A stretch of DNA of 30,009 nucleotides from Planctomycetota bacterium (lineage in GTDB: Bacteria > Planctomycetota > Phycisphaerae > Sedimentisphaerales > Anaerohalosphaeraceae): assembly GCA_019456245.1 (NCBI GenBank), contig VRUF01000009.1, positions 1 to 30,009 of the forward strand. Reading direction: 5' to 3'. Shown one piece after another: positions 26,666 through 30,009 of this stretch. The number at the start of each line of letters is the position of its first letter. Positions within the stretch are counted from its first letter, which is position 1. The notes beneath the pieces were generated by a model. It did no database searches. It was not told the origin of the DNA and worked only from the letters and a program-made list of their open reading frames with translations. The position numbers and the translations under genes were made by a program.

Positions 26666-26690
26666 AAAGCCTCCATTTACGGGAGGCTTT
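26666..26690 (+). terminator. Terminator-like hairpin after the second remnant
   Basis: AAAGCCTCC-atttacg-GGAGGCTTT. Confidence 0.65.
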
Positions 26691-26809
26691 GTGTTTATTC
26701 GGAGGTCGGCCTCAGCATAGTTCTAAATCATCTCAGCAGCACCCCCGCCGCCCCGCCGGAAGGCGGGACTGGTCCCGCAGGAAGCGGGGTTGGCGGGACT
26801 TGCGTATCT

Positions 26810-29800
26810 CTATTTCAACAAAAGCATCTTCCGGGTCAGCATGAGGCCATCGGCCTGCAGCACGACAAAATACACCCCCGAAGCCACGCTCCGTCCTGCC
26901 CGGTCCCGGCCATGCCAGACGATCTCGTGGTAGCCCAGGTCCTGCCAGTCATCGATGAGGGCAGCGATCTCCCGGCCCAGCAGGTTGTAGACCCGCAGGG
27001 AGACCTTCGCAGGCTTCGGCAGCGCGTACTCGATGGTAGTGGAGGGGTTGAAGGGGTTGGGATAGTTCTGCGACAGGGCGAACTCCTCCGGCAGCTGGGC
27101 CAGGGCCTCCTCGATGGCCCCCTGCACGTAATCGGGCGTACCGGTGATGACCTTAAAGTGGTAGGGCAGCTCCCCGCGGTAGTCCGTGATGGCTTCAGGC
27201 GGCACGCCGGCGGTGAGGTCGTATACCTGCCTCTGGGCGAGATCAAGGAGCACCACCTGCACACCCGGCGGCACTTCGCCCTGGAGCTCGCAGGCGAGGG
27301 TAATAGGGCCGGTCTCTCCCCGGCTCCGTAGATCCAGGTCCCAGACGCCGTTGGCCTCATCCAGGGCACGCACATCGGAGGTGAACAGGGACATCCCGGA
27401 GTTCGGCGACCAATCCGGCCGGTCCATGGCCAGGGAGACATACCCTTCCAGGTAAGGCGGCTCGGGGTGGTCATACTCATCCCGGTCCTCCGACGCGCCC
27501 TGGATACGACCGACGGTGTTGCCCTCGTCGAAGTAGTGGGTACCCTCAACGGTGATCTCCAGGAGCCAGCCATCGACCGGTTGCTCCGCGCTTTTAGCCA
27601 GGAGCGTCTTGGCCAGGCTGGGCGGCCTGAGCTCCAGGGTCTGGTCCTGGTCGGTGTCGTTGTAGATGATGTAGCCGCCCCAGGGTCTGAAAGTGTCCTG
27701 CACCTGCCCCAGGGACCAGCCCTCCTGCCCGCCGGAACCGAACGCGCCGTAGGCGTAGGGCCCGATGAAGGTGCCCTGGTCGGCGGCTACCGTCACCGGG
27801 AAGGGATAGGGCGAGGAGACCAGGCGCCACTTGCGCGAGGGCAGGGTCAGGCTCCAGCCGGTTAAGTCCACCGACTGCCCGGCGCCCAGGGTGAAGTGGA
27901 CCTCCTCTTCAACGACCTGCTTGAGGAAGTAGCTCTGTCCGGAGGCGAAGCTACCGGCCGCGGCATAATCATCCGGCCCCGGCCCTACGTACTGGAAGAT
28001 CTTCCACGTCTCGTCCGAAGGGGCGCTTTCCAGCGGGGACTGGATGATACTGCTCACAGAGGTATCCGCAATATCGCCGGGGATGGATATGAGCCGCCAC
28101 TTGTTCTTGGGGAAGCCGTAGCGAAAGGCGCTGCCGGCCGTGCTGGAAGTGATGGTGCCGGGTGGGTACTGAACCTGGATGGAGGCCGTATCCGAGCGGC
28201 TGACGTTGCCGGAACTGTCCTCAGCAGCGATGTAGTAGACCACGCCCGCCGGGGTTACGGCGGTCATGGGGACGGTACCGCTATAGGTGTCGGCACTCGG
28301 GCTGGACATGGACACCTGGCTGTAGCTGCTCGCGCCGCCCCTGGCATAGTAGAGCGTGGCCGATTGGATGCCGCCCCCATCGGTGACCGTGGCGGAGACG
28401 GTGATTGCATTGCCGATACTGGGACTGGTGGTAGCCGCCACGTTCGCAATCGCCGGTCCCTCGGTATCCGACCACCGCCCGATAGCGAACTGGCTGAAGC
28501 CGGTGAGACCCGCGAAGGTCACCGTGCTGTCGATGGCCGTAGCCCCCGACCGGATGGCCGCCCACTCGCCGCTGCCGTTGCTTTCCCGCCGGAGCAGTTT
28601 CAGGTTCCCCGGTGCGCTCTGCTCACCGGCGTCAAAGGCGCCCGTACCCAGGTTGAGGGTCATGTCTACCATGAAGGTCCCGCTGCCGGTGTGGGTGATG
28701 GTCCAGTAGCGATCGGCGACCAGGGTGATATTGGCAGGCAGGGTGCCGCCGGGATCGGCATCGAAGGCGGCCACCTGGATGGTATCGGTGCCGGACTGAC
28801 TGGTGAAGTTCAGGACTATATCAGTGCCGGGGAAGGCCACCTCACCGGTGCCGGTAATATACCCGGTTGCCGTGCCCAGCCAGCCGCCCTCCTGGTACAG
28901 CGCCCCAATTTCAGCCTCGCTCAGGGCGCGGTTGTAGATGCGGGCATCGTCCACCTGGCCGTTTAAATAATGATATGCACCAGCTTCGTCTGATGCAATA
29001 TACAAAGGGTATGAACTATCAAGAATCGTACCTACTAAGTTCTTGTCTCCTTTAAGCGCGCCATTTACATATAGCTTCATAACAGTTCCATCGTAAGAGG
29101 CTAGAACATGAGTCCACTCATTAAGCGGTGGCACGACGTTCACCCACATGATTCCCACACCAGCCAAGTAAAATCCTGTCGAATCACCCAGACCCTTTAC
29201 GTAAAATTCTTCGTGTTTGTTGAAAAGTGGATTATCCTCGGTGTTCCACGCATTTATTCTCGTCCATATGGAGAGTGTAATAGAATCGGTCCAACTATGG
29301 AAATCGTCAATCCTAAGCACATCATCCACCCCGTCAAAACTGTATGCGCTGCCGGCATTCCCGAACCGGTCCGCTTCCAGCGCGGCCCCGTAAACCGTGC
29401 CGTTGTTCCCATTCCCGCTCTCGTCGTTGGCATTGCCGCTGAAGGGGTAGTAGGCCACGAGGCCGACCCGCAGGGGATCATAAGGCGTGGCGTTTACCTC
29501 CTCTGTGGCCGCACTGTAGTTCCCGCTCTCATCCACAGCCGCCACCTTGAAGTAGTAGGTGGTGTCGTTGGTCAGGCCCGTTGCGGTGAAGCTGGTGTCG
29601 GGCGGGAGCACCTTCCCCACCGAGTCGGCGCTGGTAGGGGTAAAGCCTTGCGTGGTGTCCTGGTAGACCACGTAGTGGGAGAGGTCCAGCTCAGTATTTG
29701 GCGACCAGGTGAGGGTGACCTGCCCGTTGCCGGTGGCGGCGGCCAGGCCGGTGGGGGCGGCGGGGAGCGGCCAGCCGTCCTCGTAATACAGGGCCTCGAT

Positions 29801-30009
29801 CTCGGCGGCGCTCAGGGCGCGGCTGTAGATGCGGATGTCGTCGATCAGGCCGTCGAAATTATTGCCACCAGACGTATACTGCCCAATGTAGACATCATTA
29901 CTCGTTGTATCTATTGATCCGGTAAATGCCTCGCTGGTATCCAGACTTCCATTGATGTAAATGGCCATCTGCGAGCCGTCATAATTCATTATGAAATGGT
30001 ATTGCTTAT
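26810..30009 (-). CDS. Large secreted/surface protein: LamG-like domains, fibronectin type III, C-terminal FlgD-Ig/T9SS-like tail (5' end beyond window)
   Basis: DDIRIYSRALS and DDARIYNRALS (LamG); PAAPTGL..V.LTW (FN3); LSQNYPNPFNPSTTI...SGVYF...RKMLLLK tail; frame stays open to the window edge. Confidence 0.9.
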   Translation of the reverse strand, partial: KQYHFIMNYDGSQMAIYINGSLDTSEAFTGSIDTTSNDVYIGQYTSGGNNFDGLIDDIRIYSRALSAAEIEALYYEDGWPLPAAPTGLAAATGNGQVTLTWSPNTELDLSHYVVYQDTTQGFTPTSADSVGKVLPPDTSFTATGLTNDTTYYFKVAAVDESGNYSAATEEVNATPYDPLRVGLVAYYPFSGNANDESGNGNNGTVYGAALEADRFGNAGSAYSFDGVDDVLRIDDFHSWTDSITLSIWTRINAWNTEDNPLFNKHEEFYVKGLGDSTGFYLAGVGIMWVNVVPPLNEWTHVLASYDGTVMKLYVNGALKGDKNLVGTILDSSYPLYIASDEAGAYHYLNGQVDDARIYNRALSEAEIGALYQEGGWLGTATGYITGTGEVAFPGTDIVLNFTSQSGTDTIQVAAFDADPGGTLPANITLVADRYWTITHTGSGTFMVDMTLNLGTGAFDAGEQSAPGNLKLLRRESNGSGEWAAIRSGATAIDSTVTFAGLTGFSQFAIGRWSDTEGPAIANVAATTSPSIGNAITVSATVTDGGGIQSATLYYARGGASSYSQVSMSSPSADTYSGTVPMTAVTPAGVVYYIAAEDSSGNVSRSDTASIQVQYPPGTITSSTAGSAFRYGFPKNKWRLISIPGDIADTSVSSIIQSPLESAPSDETWKIFQYVGPGPDDYAAAGSFASGQSYFLKQVVEEEVHFTLGAGQSVDLTGWSLTLPSRKWRLVSSPYPFPVTVAADQGTFIGPYAYGAFGSGGQEGWSLGQVQDTFRPWGGYIIYNDTDQDQTLELRPPSLAKTLLAKSAEQPVDGWLLEITVEGTHYFDEGNTVGRIQGASEDRDEYDHPEPPYLEGYVSLAMDRPDWSPNSGMSLFTSDVRALDEANGVWDLDLRSRGETGPITLACELQGEVPPGVQVVLLDLAQRQVYDLTAGVPPEAITDYRGELPYHFKVITGTPDYVQGAIEEALAQLPEEFALSQNYPNPFNPSTTIEYALPKPAKVSLRVYNLLGREIAALIDDWQDLGYHEIVWHGRDRAGRSVASGVYFVVLQADGLMLTRKMLLLK

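Larger units (their letters stand above)
26524..26788. repeat. Cluster of short GC-rich REP-like palindromes
   Basis: GTCCCGG-agga-CCGGGAC (26524), TCCCGCC-agc-GGCGGGA (26623), CCCGCC-ggaa-GGCGGG (26752), CCCGC-aggaa-GCGGG (26774). Confidence 0.65.

Noticed and set aside
26244-29917. Long alternative-frame ORFs (26411-27331, 26836-27573, 27896-28966, 29108-29917 and others)
   Set aside because: Shadow ORFs of a GC-rich gene or spanning att/palindrome DNA; no recognisable motifs.

Overview
Positions 1 to about 26,458 look like the right-hand part of a lower-GC integrative element inserted at a tRNA-Val(TAC) gene. Only the 3' half of that tRNA is here (26413-26458), followed by a second, palindrome-interrupted copy. 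To the right is GC-rich host DNA with a large LamG/FN3/FlgD-tail secreted protein typical of FCB-group bacteria. Element contents from left to right: (1) SNF2-type helicase plus Eco57I/type IIG-like methyltransferase; (2) a minus-strand core operon with a HerA/FtsK ATPase, CHC2-Toprim primase, wHTH protein and two more methyltransferase-like genes; (3) a radC/DUF2958 cluster with an internal duplication; (4) an AT-rich cargo array (DUF6338 plus an acidic peptide, YwgA/SocA-like plus HD phosphohydrolase, OLD nuclease, PD-(D/E)xK-like protein) punctuated by three copies of a GQGLRFxxEYL mini-ORF remnant; (5) a tyrosine integrase; (6) an XRE/IrrE (CapH/CapP-like) pair divergent from a ubiquitin-like operon; (7) a DUF2779 nuclease. 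The best candidate for a new system is the ubiquitin-like operon: Ubl, Cys-less E2 and fused JAB-E1, with an overlapping fourth gene for a GIY-YIG-like protein that ends in Gly-Gly. All family assignments come from motif recognition by eye; no database searches were run.
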